Virus record (IMG/VR): IMGVR_UViG_3300027659_000009 | Location: 1 to 64,000 of that record | Length of the DNA: 64,000 nt | Origin: a virus | Direction: 5' to 3' (one strand) | Part shown: in pieces, positions 21,829 to 31,495 of the stretch | How the letters are laid out: every line of letters begins with the position of its first letter | Numbering within the stretch: the first letter of the stretch is position 1 | Translations under genes and position numbers: made by a program | Notes under the pieces: generated by a model | Databases searched by the model: none | What the model saw: the letters and a program-made list of their open reading frames with translations, nothing else | Told to the model about the DNA's origin: nothing

Positions 21829-24204
21829 ATGGAAAAGACAAAAGAGAAGAAAATTAAATTGGTGGAGGTGCCAGAAAGGGCACAAATTAGAGTTGATTGG
21901 CAAGACTATCCCGAAAATAGGTCAATAGAAACTGTTAACACTGTTAAAACTTATTTTTCAGAAAAGTATGGTGTCCATAAATCTGCGATTAAGATAAATT
22001 TTATACCTATTCTTAAAAATAGTGCGGGTAAAGTAATAGATATTAGTGAGGGGTTAATTGATAACATTATGGATACCGCCTACCAAAGGGGATTATTTGT
22101 TGAATGGTTAAAATTAAATGAGGTTACTATTGATTACGAAAGACTTTGTAGGTTAGACGATAAGATTAATGAGATATTAATCGACAATGAAGAAGAAGAC
22201 ATTAGATACCGTAGATGGAGTATTAAAAAGTTATGGTTAAATAACTTTCTTTCTTTTGGTGAGAATAATGAAATAGAATATAAAAATTTAGACGGATTAA
22301 CAGTAGTAAACTCAATACCTGCCAATCAAGGGGGTAAAACAATTTTCACTATTGATTCATTACTATTTTTGTTTTTTGGTAAGACAACTAAAACCGAAGT
22401 TAATACAGAAATATTTAACACGTTCTCAAATAAAGACGATGTATTGGTAGGTGGACATATTGAGATTGATGGTGATGAATACATAATTGAAAGGACACTT
22501 AATAGAAAGTTATCTAAAATTGGAGAATATAAGGTTACTACAACATTAGAGTTTTATAAAATTATGTCTGATGGTACTAAAGAAAATTTAGAAGGTGAAC
22601 AAAGAAGAGAGACTGATAAGTTGATTGAGGATACTATAGGTTCTTACGATGATTTTATGTTAACTATTGTTGCAACTGCAAAAAATTTAGAAGATCTTAT
22701 GGAAACTAAACCTACACAAAGAGGTAGGTTATTAACTAAATTTATTGGGTTAGAAATTATTGAAAAGAAGGAGGAAATCAATAAAAGTTTGATGTCTGAA
22801 TTTAAAAGTAAAATGAAGTCAAATCTTTATAACACTAAACAATTAGAATTAGATAATGAAGAATACAAAAAAAACATTAGTGATAATAGGATTACCAATA
22901 AAGAAAATGGTACTAAGTTAAATGAAGTTTTAGGTAAGATAAATACTGCAAAAGAAAAGAAAGAGGATTTACTAGGTAAGAGATATAGTATTGATGATGA
23001 AATAAAAAAAGTAAATCCCGATACATTAAAAAAGGAGATTGAAGGTTTAACTATTAAAGGTGTAACTCTTAAGAATACATTGGATGGTATTAACGATCAA
23101 ATAAAAGTTATTCCAAAGTTCTCATATGATGGGGATGTACATGAAGAATATCGTACAGAAGAGAAAACATTATTGGTTGAAAAGAATGGTATAGAATCTA
23201 CCATTAAAACTATAGGGAAATTAATAAAGGACTTAAAAGAAGGTGAAATATGCCCCACTTGTAAAAGGGCGTTAGATGAGGTTGATCATAGTTCTGAAAT
23301 TAAAGAAAATGAAAAACTTTTAAAAGTAAAAGAAAAAGAATTGAAAAGTATTGTCACAAAAATTGAAAAGATTTGTGACAAATTAACTAATATAAGTGAA
23401 CAAAAAAAGAACTCTGATTTAAATGATAGATTAAGTCTAACTAAAGATAAGACTGAAATTGAGATTGACAGAATGAGAGTTGACTACAGAGAAAAAACAT
23501 CATTACTTAAGGACTATGAGAGAAATTCAGATTTCATAGATGAAAATAGAAAGTTAGAAAGTAAAATCTTAGGTTATAATCAGTTGATTGATACGTTAGA
23601 GGTAGAAAAAGATAAAATTAAATCTAAGATTCAAAATATCGAAAACGATAGTAAAAACAAAAAAGAGAAAATTACTGAGAACAATTCTTTAATTGAACAG
23701 ATTAAGAAGGAAGAGGTGGTGTTGAAAATATTTGAAGTATATAATAGGATGATAGGTAAAAATGGTATCTCTAAATTAGTTCTTTCATCTGTTATACCGA
23801 TTATTAATCACGAACTTAGTAGATTATTGGATGAGGTTTGTGATTTTGAAATTCAGTTAGAGATTAATGATAAAAATGAAGTTGATTTCCTCCTTATAAA
23901 GAATGATATCATAAAGAAACTTAGGACAGGATCTGGGTTAGAAACTACATTGGCATCATTAGCATTGAGAAGTGTTTTAGGGAGAATATCGACATTACCA
24001 AAACCAAACGTAATAGTGTTTGATGAGGTTTTAGGTAAGGTGGCAAACACCAATTTAGATCATGTAAAGATATTTTTTGATAAAATAAAGAAGATGTATG
24101 AAATCATATTTTTGATTAGTCATAACCCTATTGTACAAGATTGGGGGGACAAAATTATTACTGTTGAAAAAAATAATGACATTTCTTCTTTGCAGATTAG
24201 ATAA
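21829..24204 (+). CDS. Rad50/SbcC (gp46-like) ATPase with ~125-aa N-terminal extension
   Basis: NFLSFG, atypical Walker A PANQGGKT, CPTC zinc hook, GSGLE signature, VFDE Walker B, ISH. Confidence 0.9.
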   Translation: MEKTKEKKIKLVEVPERAQIRVDWQDYPENRSIETVNTVKTYFSEKYGVHKSAIKINFIPILKNSAGKVIDISEGLIDNIMDTAYQRGLFVEWLKLNEVTIDYERLCRLDDKINEILIDNEEEDIRYRRWSIKKLWLNNFLSFGENNEIEYKNLDGLTVVNSIPANQGGKTIFTIDSLLFLFFGKTTKTEVNTEIFNTFSNKDDVLVGGHIEIDGDEYIIERTLNRKLSKIGEYKVTTTLEFYKIMSDGTKENLEGEQRRETDKLIEDTIGSYDDFMLTIVATAKNLEDLMETKPTQRGRLLTKFIGLEIIEKKEEINKSLMSEFKSKMKSNLYNTKQLELDNEEYKKNISDNRITNKENGTKLNEVLGKINTAKEKKEDLLGKRYSIDDEIKKVNPDTLKKEIEGLTIKGVTLKNTLDGINDQIKVIPKFSYDGDVHEEYRTEEKTLLVEKNGIESTIKTIGKLIKDLKEGEICPTCKRALDEVDHSSEIKENEKLLKVKEKELKSIVTKIEKICDKLTNISEQKKNSDLNDRLSLTKDKTEIEIDRMRVDYREKTSLLKDYERNSDFIDENRKLESKILGYNQLIDTLEVEKDKIKSKIQNIENDSKNKKEKITENNSLIEQIKKEEVVLKIFEVYNRMIGKNGISKLVLSSVIPIINHELSRLLDEVCDFEIQLEINDKNEVDFLLIKNDIIKKLRTGSGLETTLASLALRSVLGRISTLPKPNVIVFDEVLGKVANTNLDHVKIFFDKIKKMYEIIFLISHNPIVQDWGDKIITVEKNNDISSLQIR

Positions 24205-24270
24205 TTTTTACTATCTTTGTCACTATAATGAAAAAAGAACAATTTTTGGAGGTATTTATAATAAAATAAT

Positions 24271-24753
24271 ATGGAAAGTACATTTTTAAAAAAAGTATGT
24301 TTAATAGGATTGGGAGAGGTTGAAGGAGTTAAAGAAGACTTGACAGTGTTATCTGAAAGTAGTGTCAATTTTGTAAGTGGAGAAGGGTTAATAATTGCAA
24401 CATTCCAAACTGCATTCACAATAGGTGAGTTAGAGGAACTATTAAAGATGAATGGACGTTCTTTTATAATTTTTGAGATGACATTAGGTTTTTATTCTGC
24501 AAGTATTGCAGATAAAGAGTTTCAGATGGCATTATTTGGTGGTGAGATAGATAATAGTAAGACACCTTATAATCTTATTGAAGAATCACTAAAACAAGTT
24601 AAGGAAAAAATTTTTAATGGTGATTTTGGTGTAGATAAAACAAAAAAAATATCACCGAAGAGTGATGAGGAATTACTTAATGAGGCTTTGGAAAATGAAG
24701 ATTATGAGACGGCAGCCAAATTGAGAGACTTAATAAATAAAAAACAAAAATAA
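24271..24753 (+). CDS. Hypothetical protein with C-terminal UVR (UvrB/C) motif
   Basis: LNEALENEDYETAAKLRDLI. Confidence 0.7.
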   Translation: MESTFLKKVCLIGLGEVEGVKEDLTVLSESSVNFVSGEGLIIATFQTAFTIGELEELLKMNGRSFIIFEMTLGFYSASIADKEFQMALFGGEIDNSKTPYNLIEESLKQVKEKIFNGDFGVDKTKKISPKSDEELLNEALENEDYETAAKLRDLINKKQK

Positions 24754-24757
24754 ATAT

Positions 24758-25555
24758 ATGTCAAATAAGTATCTAAACCCAAATGAGGATTGCATCAGCA
24801 TTTATATGAGGGATGTAAGGAAATCAGATTTAATTACCGCTGAAAAAGAAGTGGAGTTGGCTAAAAAAATTCAAGATGGGGATAAAAGAGCCTTAGATGA
24901 ATTGGTAAAGGCAAACCTTAGATTTGTTATTAAGATTGCTAAAGAATATCAAAATCAGGGGTTGGCAGCTGCCGATTTAATATCTGAAGGTAATTACGGT
25001 TTAATTACTGCAGCAAAAAAATTCGATCACACTAAAGGTTTTCGATTTAACACATATGCGGTATGGTGGATTAAACAATCTATAATGCAATCATTGAATG
25101 ACAATTCTAGAACTGTTAGATTACCAGGAAGTGTAATCAATAAATTATCTAAAATCAGAAAAGAAGTTGATGTATTCGAAAAGGAAAACCAAAGATCCCC
25201 TTATGATGATGAGGTAGAACAAATATGCATACCATCATGTACATCACTTAATACTACTATTAATGAAGATGGTGATGAGTTGTTAACTTTGATTGAAGAT
25301 AAAACATTTACTCGTCCAGATCAAATGGGTGATGAAGACGATATGATGAGAAAAAATGAAATGAAAAGGGCATTAAATGGGTTAAGTCATAGAGAAATAG
25401 AAATAATTAACTGTTACTTCGGACTCAACGGGGAACCAATGACGTTAGAGATGATTGGTGAAGAAGTAGATTTAACTAAAGAAAGGGTTAGACAGATTAA
25501 AGAATCGGCAATTAGAAAAGTTAGGAATAATTTAGGTGGTATTTTTAACATATAA
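24758..25555 (+). CDS. Sigma-70 family (RpoD-like, lacking region 1.1) RNA polymerase sigma factor
   Basis: ANLRFVIKIAKEY, DLISEGNYGL, GFRFNTYAVWWIKQSI, TLEMIG..LTKERVRQI. Confidence 0.95.
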   Translation: MSNKYLNPNEDCISIYMRDVRKSDLITAEKEVELAKKIQDGDKRALDELVKANLRFVIKIAKEYQNQGLAAADLISEGNYGLITAAKKFDHTKGFRFNTYAVWWIKQSIMQSLNDNSRTVRLPGSVINKLSKIRKEVDVFEKENQRSPYDDEVEQICIPSCTSLNTTINEDGDELLTLIEDKTFTRPDQMGDEDDMMRKNEMKRALNGLSHREIEIINCYFGLNGEPMTLEMIGEEVDLTKERVRQIKESAIRKVRNNLGGIFNI

Positions 25556-25575
25556 ATTAGTATAAGTTAATATGT

Positions 25576-25607
25576 ATGGGGGAACATAAATTCCCCCATT
25601 ATTTTTT
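25576..25607 (+). terminator. Intrinsic terminator
   Basis: ATGGGGGAA-N6-TTCCCCCAT followed by T-rich tail. Confidence 0.8.
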
Positions 25608-25656
25608 CTATTTACTATAAATTAAAAAATTATTATATTTATTAAAAAAGTTAATT

Positions 25657-25986
25657 ATGAAAAATGTTATTGAATTCGTAAAAAAATATAAGGTATATGT
25701 CTTATCGACATTGTGTTTAATATTCTTTTTTAGATCCTGTCAAAAATCAGGTGAAATAAGAAAGATGGGTAAAAATAATACTGAAAATAGTACCGTTGTC
25801 GATAGTTTAGAAAACGTAATCAGTGTTCAGAAAAAAACAATCGACTATATACCTAATCTGATTATAGATGAAAAAATAAAAGTACATACTGAGTATGATA
25901 ATTATATTTCTGGAAAAAACAGAAGTGAACAGTTGATGGAGTTACATATGTTAGTGAAAGATAATATTAAAAAATTAAAAAAATAA
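25657..25986 (+). CDS. Membrane-anchored/possible lipoprotein coiled-coil protein
   Basis: Hydrophobic N-terminus ending FRSC. Confidence 0.55.
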   Translation: MKNVIEFVKKYKVYVLSTLCLIFFFRSCQKSGEIRKMGKNNTENSTVVDSLENVISVQKKTIDYIPNLIIDEKIKVHTEYDNYISGKNRSEQLMELHMLVKDNIKKLKK

Positions 25987-25987
25987 T

Positions 25988-26854
25988 ATGATGTCTATTT
26001 GGAAATGGGTTAGGAATAACCCTAATAGATCTATGTTCTTAGTACCGATTCTATTGGTTGCGGTAATTTCTATTTCACACGTTGTAACTTGGTACGACAT
26101 TGCGAACCCTATTAGTTGGGCAATTTATTTATCTATTGCAATTGAGGTGGGTGCTATGACGGCACTTGTTGCTGCTACTAATAAAATTAAGGGTGGTGTT
26201 TGGTTTATGTTTGGACTAATTACATTTATCCAAATGATAGGTAATATATTCTTCTCATATAAAGAAATTGATTCAAATGGGGATTTATTTAAGTCTTGGG
26301 TTGAGTTGACAGGACCTATATGGGAAATGATTGGATCTGACACATCGGACATACCAGCAATGAAGAGATGGTTGGCATTTTTGGAAGGTGGTTTACTACC
26401 GATTATATCATTAACATCATTACACTTCTTTGTGAAATATGAAAAAGTCAACCCCACAAAAGTTGGTGACCAAATAACCGACATACCTAAAACAGAATCA
26501 GAAAAAGTTGCAGATAGAGTTTGGGAAAAAGTTAACGAACTTAGAAAAGAAGGTAAATTACCTGAAATAAGTGAAGAAGATTTAATAGATGAACCATCTG
26601 CATTGGCTTTCACACCATATGAAGTAGAGGATGAAATCGAAGGTAGTATAGATGAAACAATTCCTCAAACAGATGAAGTAATTACTTTAAGTGAAAAAGA
26701 TAGTGAAATATTAATGGGAGAAATTGAAAATCCTAAAGAACCTAATGACATTATCAAAAATGCGATAGAAAAATATAAACAATCTAGAGGTGAAAATACA
26801 GTAATTAATCAACCATATAGACAAACTAAAACGAATATAAAGAGAATTGACTAA
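25988..26854 (+). CDS. Multi-pass membrane protein with acidic C-terminal tail
   Basis: About four hydrophobic segments in first 150 aa. Confidence 0.65.
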   Translation: MMSIWKWVRNNPNRSMFLVPILLVAVISISHVVTWYDIANPISWAIYLSIAIEVGAMTALVAATNKIKGGVWFMFGLITFIQMIGNIFFSYKEIDSNGDLFKSWVELTGPIWEMIGSDTSDIPAMKRWLAFLEGGLLPIISLTSLHFFVKYEKVNPTKVGDQITDIPKTESEKVADRVWEKVNELRKEGKLPEISEEDLIDEPSALAFTPYEVEDEIEGSIDETIPQTDEVITLSEKDSEILMGEIENPKEPNDIIKNAIEKYKQSRGENTVINQPYRQTKTNIKRID

Positions 26855-27463
26855 ATGCTAATTGATAGTGAGAAATATCTTTTAAATGAAAAAAATTATT
26901 ATAGTACCGAATTTGAAAAAAGACAAATCGTATTAGCAAATACTTTCTCTGAAAAAGACAAACATATTATTGGTTGGGGAAAAAGAATGGGTGGTGAATA
27001 TAAAAAAACCTCACCCTATACCGTTTTTAGGGACGGAAACATATCTCAACATTACGAACCAACCAAATACTCTGATTTTTTAGGTAATAAATCCGTAGAT
27101 AAAAAAATAATAGTGGTTTTATTAGAGAATCAAGGGTGGTTAGAAAAAGATTTAATAAATGAATTGTATTTTAATTGGGTTGGTAATATTTATAAGAGGA
27201 AGAAAAGTGTGTTTGAAAAAAGGTGGAGGGGTTTTACATTTTGGGACTCTTATACTAATAAACAAATGGAATCTTGTGTGGAATTAATAAAACACTTATG
27301 TGAAACATACAATATCCCTAAAAAATGTGTTGGACACAATACTTTTATAGACGGTATTGAATACTTTGAAGGTATAGTTTATAGAAGTAATTATTATAAA
27401 GAAAGTACTGATTTAAATCCTAGTTGGGATTTTAATAAGTTTAAAAAATTAATTGAAGAATAA
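26855..27463 (+). CDS. Amidase_2-like protein, apparently lacking the first Zn-binding His
   Basis: IVLANT in place of IVLHHT; YTNKQMESCVELIKHL, VGH, TDLNP. Confidence 0.6.
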   Translation: MLIDSEKYLLNEKNYYSTEFEKRQIVLANTFSEKDKHIIGWGKRMGGEYKKTSPYTVFRDGNISQHYEPTKYSDFLGNKSVDKKIIVVLLENQGWLEKDLINELYFNWVGNIYKRKKSVFEKRWRGFTFWDSYTNKQMESCVELIKHLCETYNIPKKCVGHNTFIDGIEYFEGIVYRSNYYKESTDLNPSWDFNKFKKLIEE

Positions 27464-27476
27464 AAACAAAAAAATT

Positions 27477-28016
27477 ATGAGTCAACACGATGTAACAAAA
27501 AAAATGTTAGAAATTATTAGAGAATCTAAAATTGTTTCTATTAGAGAATCTAAAATTGTTTCTAATAGGAACAGTAGATTGTTAAGAGAGGCAGATGAAA
27601 GAAATGCAGAAGATAAAGATTTAAGTGAGGATGATCCTGCAGCACTTTCTGAAGAAGAAAAGAAATTCAGAGATACAGTATCACCTAGAGTATCATTTAA
27701 TAGATTTAAATTATACCCTAAGGCACAAAATGTAGAATTTAGTGGTAAATTTACTGATAATAATGTAGAGTGGTTTTATTCTTTAGACGATTCTAGAGGT
27801 GTTTATATTACCGCAGATTTATTACAACTTAGTGATACTACATTAAAACAAATTCAAAAACTAGTTGCGTATTACGAAACTTGGTCGAATGAATGGGCAA
27901 CTAAAATCGCAGAAGAATATTCTAATGATTTAAAAGATGAGGAAAACGCAGAAGAAGGTCCTGAAAGTGTAGAATCAACAGAATTTGATATTGATCAAGA
28001 AGGTGGAGAACAATAA
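27477..28016 (+). CDS. Putative head/internal protein (IRE/LRE leader)
   Basis: MSQHDVTKKMLEIIRES...LLRE; acidic; start moved to ATG 27477. Confidence 0.6.
   Translation: MSQHDVTKKMLEIIRESKIVSIRESKIVSNRNSRLLREADERNAEDKDLSEDDPAALSEEEKKFRDTVSPRVSFNRFKLYPKAQNVEFSGKFTDNNVEWFYSLDDSRGVYITADLLQLSDTTLKQIQKLVAYYETWSNEWATKIAEEYSNDLKDEENAEEGPESVESTEFDIDQEGGEQ
27516..27563 (+). repeat. Perfect 24-nt tandem duplication (IRESKIVS x2)
   Basis: attagagaatctaaaattgtttct repeated twice. Confidence 0.95.
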
Positions 28017-28386
28017 AATTAATATACTTATAGATATTAAATCTATTGTGATAATTTTATTATCGTTATTAGTTGTTGGATTAATATTTTTTAAAAATAC
28101 CAATAAAGATATCGAAAATTATGGACAAGAAATAGATAACTTAAATAAAGTAAATAAAGTATTACTTTTAAGTAATGATAGTTTGAAAAATCTTAATTTG
28201 GAGTTATCAAAAGACATAATTAATTTAAACGATAAAATTGGGGATATAAATTTAATATTAGAATCCAACGAAAGTTTAATTAAAAGATTAAAAAAAAGAA
28301 AAAGTGAAATACCTACTAACGTTAATGTTATGGATGCTGATGGTGTTGCCAGTGGCATCTCAGACTATCTCAAAAGGAGAGATTAA
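28003..28386 (+). CDS. N-terminal TM + coiled-coil protein (i-spanin-like)
   Basis: TM IVIILLSLLVVGLIFF then heptads; GTG start 28003 preferred. Confidence 0.5.
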   Translation: MENNKINILIDIKSIVIILLSLLVVGLIFFKNTNKDIENYGQEIDNLNKVNKVLLLSNDSLKNLNLELSKDIINLNDKIGDINLILESNESLIKRLKKRKSEIPTNVNVMDADGVASGISDYLKRRD

Positions 28387-28762
28387 GGCTATAGTAAACC
28401 CTAAGGGTGATACATTAGTTGTGATGCACTTAAATGATGCAAAAAAAATACTTACCGATTTATTAAAATGTGAAGTTACGGATAGTTTACTGAATGTATA
28501 TGTCGAAAGGGATAGTTTAAATACAGAAAAAATTATTTTAAAAGACAATTTAATTGAAAAATTAAATTTACAGAATGAAAATTATGTAAAAATAGTTTCT
28601 AATTTAGAAACGGTAGTTAAGAACAAAGATGAAATTATCATCTATAAAGATAAAACAATCAAACAACAAAAAAAAGAGATAAGAAAACAAAAAATACTAA
28701 AGAATTTAGGTTTTGTTGGATGTGTAGTTCTACCAGTTATCACTTTAATTATCCTATTGTAA
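28304..28762 (+). CDS. Signal peptide + coiled coil + C-terminal TM protein overlapping previous gene (spanin-partner-like)
   Basis: MKYLLTLMLWMLMVLPVASQ signal; C-term GFVGCVVLPVITLIILL; 83-nt overlap. Confidence 0.5.
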   Translation: MKYLLTLMLWMLMVLPVASQTISKGEIKAIVNPKGDTLVVMHLNDAKKILTDLLKCEVTDSLLNVYVERDSLNTEKIILKDNLIEKLNLQNENYVKIVSNLETVVKNKDEIIIYKDKTIKQQKKEIRKQKILKNLGFVGCVVLPVITLIILL

Positions 28763-28805
28763 AATTTTTACCATAAACCTAATATTTATTATATATAATT
28801 AGGAT

Positions 28806-29066
28806 ATGGATAACCAAACACTTAAAAAAATAATCAGAGAATCATTAAACCAAACAGATGAAAATCAAATTGGTGCTATGATTAGAAAAGAAATTAAAAA
28901 GTCATTTGGCGAAGATTTGGAATCTAAAGTATTAAAAATTTTAGAAAAAGAACTTAAAAATTCTAAATTAAAAAAACATATCGTAGAAATTAATAAAGAC
29001 GTTCTCGTACAACTTTACAAAGAATTGTGGATGAGAAGAAATATGTGGTTAACTGCAATAAAATGA
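28806..29066 (+). CDS. Small putative head protein
   Basis: MDNQTLKKIIRES leader; TATTTAT motif upstream. Confidence 0.6.
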   Translation: MDNQTLKKIIRESLNQTDENQIGAMIRKEIKKSFGEDLESKVLKILEKELKNSKLKKHIVEINKDVLVQLYKELWMRRNMWLTAIK

Positions 29067-30319
29067 TGAGTAGAGAAAAAATGATGGGTGATTACGAAAG
29101 AACAAAAGATGTTATTCTTTCTTGTAAGACACCAGAACAACTAAACGTTGGGATAAAGATGTTCAGCCAACTAACTAAACTTCACAACCTACCTACCCAA
29201 CATGTAGATAAATTAGATAATGTAGTTGAGTTGATGAAAATAAAATGTGGTGTACATGATGTATACGAAGGTATTTCTAATGTTGGTAAAGAATTCAGAA
29301 AGGCTGCGTCCACATCTGGACAACCTGAACTACAAAAAATTATGTTTTCTGAAGAAGAAGACTTAGATGGTGGTGAAGGTGATGATATGACTGTAAAAGA
29401 TATTGCGAAATACCATAACGAAGACACAAAAAAAATAAAAAGGGAAATTGAGATAGGTACTAAAATAGAGATGGAACACACCGACTCAAAAAAAATTGCT
29501 AAAGAAATAGCCACTGATCATATATATGAAATTCCTGATTATTATACTAATTCAGAATATGGTATTTTAGCCATAGAAGATAATATGGGTAAGAAAAAAT
29601 CTATTAGAATTTCTAAAAAAGAAATGGATAGATTACACAAAACTGGAAAAATTGATTTAGATGGTGTTTCATTATCTTACAGAGAAGATTTAAGTGAAGA
29701 TTTGGATAGTAATGATATCGCACAAAAACTTAGAGATCAATTAAGAAATAGATCCACCAAAAGATTCTCAAAAGACGAAATCTTTGATGAGATAAGAAGA
29801 AGAAGAGAGGAAGAAATGGAACTTAGAAAAAAAGAGTCTGAGGAATATAGAAAATTTATTGATGATAATTTTACTGAAGAAGAAGATACTGATGAACCAG
29901 TTGAAGAGGCATCATCTGCTGGTTCAGTAGGTGGTTCGTATGTTGGGGCATTATCCCGTAATCCTATTAGAAGAAACATTAAAACAGATATACCTGTATC
30001 GGTTAATGGTATAAATAAACCTATTGGTAATATGACTATGTTAGGAGAAGAGGAATTAGTGGAGGCATCTTCTGTCGCAACTGTCGGTGGACAATATGCG
30101 ACACCTGGTTTTCCACCTAGTGCGTTTATGGGTACTGCAAATAAAAAAGGTAAGGCTAGAGTTAAAAAAGAACAACCATCATTAGACAACTTAGGTTATC
30201 AAAAAGTTAGGGTTAAAGAAAAATGTAAAACATTCCCATATTGTAATCAAAGTCCTGAAGCGATAGAATTTTATAGTGAAAGTAAAATAATAAAAAAAGG
30301 TAATTTAAAAATAAAGTAA
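29063..30319 (+). CDS. DUF5661-like domain-containing putative head/scaffold protein
   Basis: GTKIEMEHT..AKEIATDHIYEIPDYY; repeated VEEASS/LVEASS segments; start 29063 preferred. Confidence 0.6.
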   Translation: MMSREKMMGDYERTKDVILSCKTPEQLNVGIKMFSQLTKLHNLPTQHVDKLDNVVELMKIKCGVHDVYEGISNVGKEFRKAASTSGQPELQKIMFSEEEDLDGGEGDDMTVKDIAKYHNEDTKKIKREIEIGTKIEMEHTDSKKIAKEIATDHIYEIPDYYTNSEYGILAIEDNMGKKKSIRISKKEMDRLHKTGKIDLDGVSLSYREDLSEDLDSNDIAQKLRDQLRNRSTKRFSKDEIFDEIRRRREEEMELRKKESEEYRKFIDDNFTEEEDTDEPVEEASSAGSVGGSYVGALSRNPIRRNIKTDIPVSVNGINKPIGNMTMLGEEELVEASSVATVGGQYATPGFPPSAFMGTANKKGKARVKKEQPSLDNLGYQKVRVKEKCKTFPYCNQSPEAIEFYSESKIIKKGNLKIK

Positions 30320-30320
30320 A

Positions 30321-30995
30321 ATGGGTAGAATTAGTAAAATGAAAAGAGATTTGATAATGGAATCCAATAAGAAAATACTGAATGAGGTAGAGGGTGGTCC
30401 TGATTTAAATTGTGATTGGTTTTTAATGGATGTAACTTCTTTAGATGGTAGAATTGGTGAATTACAATTAAATCAGGAGAAACTAGGTTTTTGGCATTTA
30501 TATAAATATAGTAATCCAAATGACTTTACTGACTACACTGAAGATACAATAAAAGTACCACAAAAAGAAGAAATTCAAGTTATATGGGTTGAGGACAGTG
30601 AAGGAGAAGTGGATAAACAAAAAATAGAATTAGCTGGAAAAAGTTTGGATGGGTTAGCAGCATATAATAAAATTACAACATCTAATTCGGATAAGTATTC
30701 GGGTAATTTAATTTTTGCTAGTGATCAAATACCTTCAGAATGGGGTATAGTTAGAGATTATCAGTATTTATATTTTACAAAACTATTTTTAACTGAGTCT
30801 AAAACATTGCCGCCATGGTTAGAAAACGGTAAGGAAGTTAAAATGAAAAAAGGGGCCTCAATTGACCCCGATAGTTATTATATTAAAAAGAAATTATTTG
30901 GAAAACCAACATATTATTATATAGGATTTGATGATAATGAGACATATAAAAATAAGATTAATAAATGTGATAAATATGATCCTGGTAGATACTAA
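30321..30995 (+). CDS. Hypothetical protein with IME/ILNE leader
   Basis: MGRISKMKRDLIMESNKKILNE. Confidence 0.6.
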   Translation: MGRISKMKRDLIMESNKKILNEVEGGPDLNCDWFLMDVTSLDGRIGELQLNQEKLGFWHLYKYSNPNDFTDYTEDTIKVPQKEEIQVIWVEDSEGEVDKQKIELAGKSLDGLAAYNKITTSNSDKYSGNLIFASDQIPSEWGIVRDYQYLYFTKLFLTESKTLPPWLENGKEVKMKKGASIDPDSYYIKKKLFGKPTYYYIGFDDNETYKNKINKCDKYDPGRY

Positions 30996-31405
30996 TAATA
31001 TTCTACTAAAACCAAAGTTGTAACACCATCTCTATAAACATAACCCAAGTGAAATAGACTATGAGGTAATTTATTCTCACTGATATTCTTATCATAACAT
31101 TTGATTATTTTATCTCTATTATTAACAGAATAAACCCTTCTAGAATAATAGTCCCAACCTTTTTCGTGACATACATAAACTAAATCGGTAGGGTAAGACC
31201 ATTGGATACTATCTGTAGAAACACCTATCGATTGAAACATTTGATTGACAAGAGAGTCACTTACACCGTCCAATTTTTCGATGAACCATTCATATACACC
31301 TTCATTAGACTTTGCCCTTGCGGGGATATCAAAGTCATATTGTCTTTGAGAAAATACACTTAAAGTTGTAAGTGCTAATACTGAAGTTAAAATTAAATTT
31401 TTCAT
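30992..31405 (-). CDS. Secreted protein with Bacteroidota-type signal peptide
   Basis: MKNLILTSVLALTTLSVFS|Q; own TTTG-N20-TATATTTG promoter. Confidence 0.7.
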   Translation of the reverse strand: MKNLILTSVLALTTLSVFSQRQYDFDIPARAKSNEGVYEWFIEKLDGVSDSLVNQMFQSIGVSTDSIQWSYPTDLVYVCHEKGWDYYSRRVYSVNNRDKIIKCYDKNISENKLPHSLFHLGYVYRDGVTTLVLVEYY

Positions 31406-31424
31406 AGTATTTGTTTTTATAATA

Positions 31425-31456
31425 CAAATATAGAATAAATATTTCATTCCACCAAA
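31425..31456 (-). promoter_or_regulatory. Bacteroidota-type promoter
   Basis: Reverse strand TTTG-N20-TATATTTG; shares AAATTTGGTGGAATGAAA with the promoter at 60163. Confidence 0.75.
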
Positions 31457-31495
31457 TTTTTTTGGAAAAAATAGATATTTATAATAAAAAACAAA

